A stretch of DNA of 15,272 nucleotides from Gemmatimonadota bacterium (GTDB lineage Bacteria; Gemmatimonadota; Gemmatimonadetes; Gemmatimonadales; GWC2-71-9), in assembly GCA_039588295.1 (NCBI GenBank), contig JBDHAB010000060.1, positions 1 through 15,272 of the forward strand. Direction: 5' to 3'. Both the position numbers and the translations under genes were made by a program. Positions 14,510-15,272 of the stretch are shown one piece after another. Each line of letters starts with the position of its first letter. Position 1 is the stretch's first letter. The notes beneath the pieces were generated by a model. The model ran no database searches. It was given only the letters and a program-made list of their open reading frames with translations, and was not told the origin of the DNA.

Positions 14510-15272
14510 CTACTGGAGCGGCACGCGCCGGGCCAGCGGCAGCTGCATGAGAGCATCGTACTGCTCCTTGAGCGCAGACACCTGGATCATTCCCTCGAAG
14601 TTCACGGGGACTCCGCCGGCGAGGAAGACGGGGTCATCCAGAGGCAGAAAGACGATCTGATCCGGCCAAGCCTCATGCATGAGCCGGAACAGCTCGTTCT
14701 CGGGCGACGCGTCCAGAATATCGTAGACTACCGAGGCTCCCGAACCGGACGTAATCCGCGCGGCCATGACTGCCACGACGACGACCGGGCCCCCGACCGC
14801 AGTGCTCTTGTGCACGAGGTAGTCGCCCAGCCACTCCTGATTCGTGCCTCTCAGATACTCCTTCTGCGCGTGGTTGGCACCGACATTGATCATCGATCGG
14901 TGCGGGTAACCCCCCAGCCGCAGGTCGGCCAGGCGTTTCATGACGTTCTCGCGCAGTCGGACCGACAGATCGTAGTGGTCGTTTCTCTGGGCACGGATGC
15001 TCACGCTGGCCAGTTCCACCTCGACCATCTCGGCCACGGTGTCGTACCAGTCCTGTCCCCAGGAGGCGACCAGCAGTGATCGATTGGCCTCGAGTTGGCG
15101 CCGAAGGGTCTCGACCTTTTCGGGGCGATAGCCGCCCTCGAGGAATTCCTGCAGAGGCCCCAAGGCCACCAGGTGCTGCGAGAGGGCTCGCAGCGAGTTC
15201 ACGAATTCCTGGGCGCCCCCGTAGTCGTTCAGGTTCACGTCGATTCCGCGCACCACGACCCGCTCGTCGGGC
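14510..15272 (-). CDS. erythromycin esterase (EreA/ChaN-like fold) family protein, C-terminal part (5' end outside window)
   Basis: The frame stays open to the window edge (PDERVVVRGIDVN..). Motifs V.GID, RENVM, INVGANHAQK, WLGDYL and YDALM resemble the Ere-family GxD, R-x-x-x-M, N-x-H and G-x-x-L pattern. Confidence 0.65.
   Translation of the reverse strand, partial: PDERVVVRGIDVNLNDYGGAQEFVNSLRALSQHLVALGPLQEFLEGGYRPEKVETLRRQLEANRSLLVASWGQDWYDTVAEMVEVELASVSIRAQRNDHYDLSVRLRENVMKRLADLRLGGYPHRSMINVGANHAQKEYLRGTNQEWLGDYLVHKSTAVGGPVVVVAVMAARITSGSGASVVYDILDASPENELFRLMHEAWPDQIVFLPLDDPVFLAGGVPVNFEGMIQVSALKEQYDALMQLPLARRVPLQ

Noticed and set aside
14429..15079. 216-aa + strand ORF, and calling the - strand gene a macrolide-resistance gene (ereA/ereB)
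   Set aside because: The + ORF is a shadow. The - gene shows only fold-level motif similarity and is incomplete, which is insufficient for a resistance call.

Overview
GC-rich bacterial window. The gene types (SusC/RagA receptor, many secreted peptidases, small lipoproteins) suggest a Gemmatimonadota-like diderm, which is an inference. Left block: the 5' part of a SusC/RagA TonB-dependent receptor (- strand, runs off the left edge, absent from the ORF track), a nagB + glutamate carboxypeptidase II-like M28 peptidase pair (-), and a divergent lipoprotein M28 peptidase (+). Middle block (about 7200-10150) is a patchwork accessory region. It holds an orphan HigA/XRE antitoxin-like gene with an operator-like palindrome, an NTF2-like lipoprotein, a 5'-truncated gene remnant, a small lipoprotein, a heptamer-repeat/G-quadruplex tract, an AT-richer peptidoglycan-binding-domain protein with an unknown C-terminus, several hairpins and two degenerate attC-like elements. 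Right block is a - strand operon: unannotated 37-aa membrane protein, Na+/proline-type SSS symporter, exported DmpA/P1 aminopeptidase, POTRA-less Omp85 barrel. The 3' part of an erythromycin-esterase-fold gene lies upstream of it. No rRNA, tRNA, CRISPR array, transposase or integrase was seen. The best candidates for something undescribed are the smORF-SSS-DmpA-Omp85 operon, the PGBD protein and the possible decayed cassette array.
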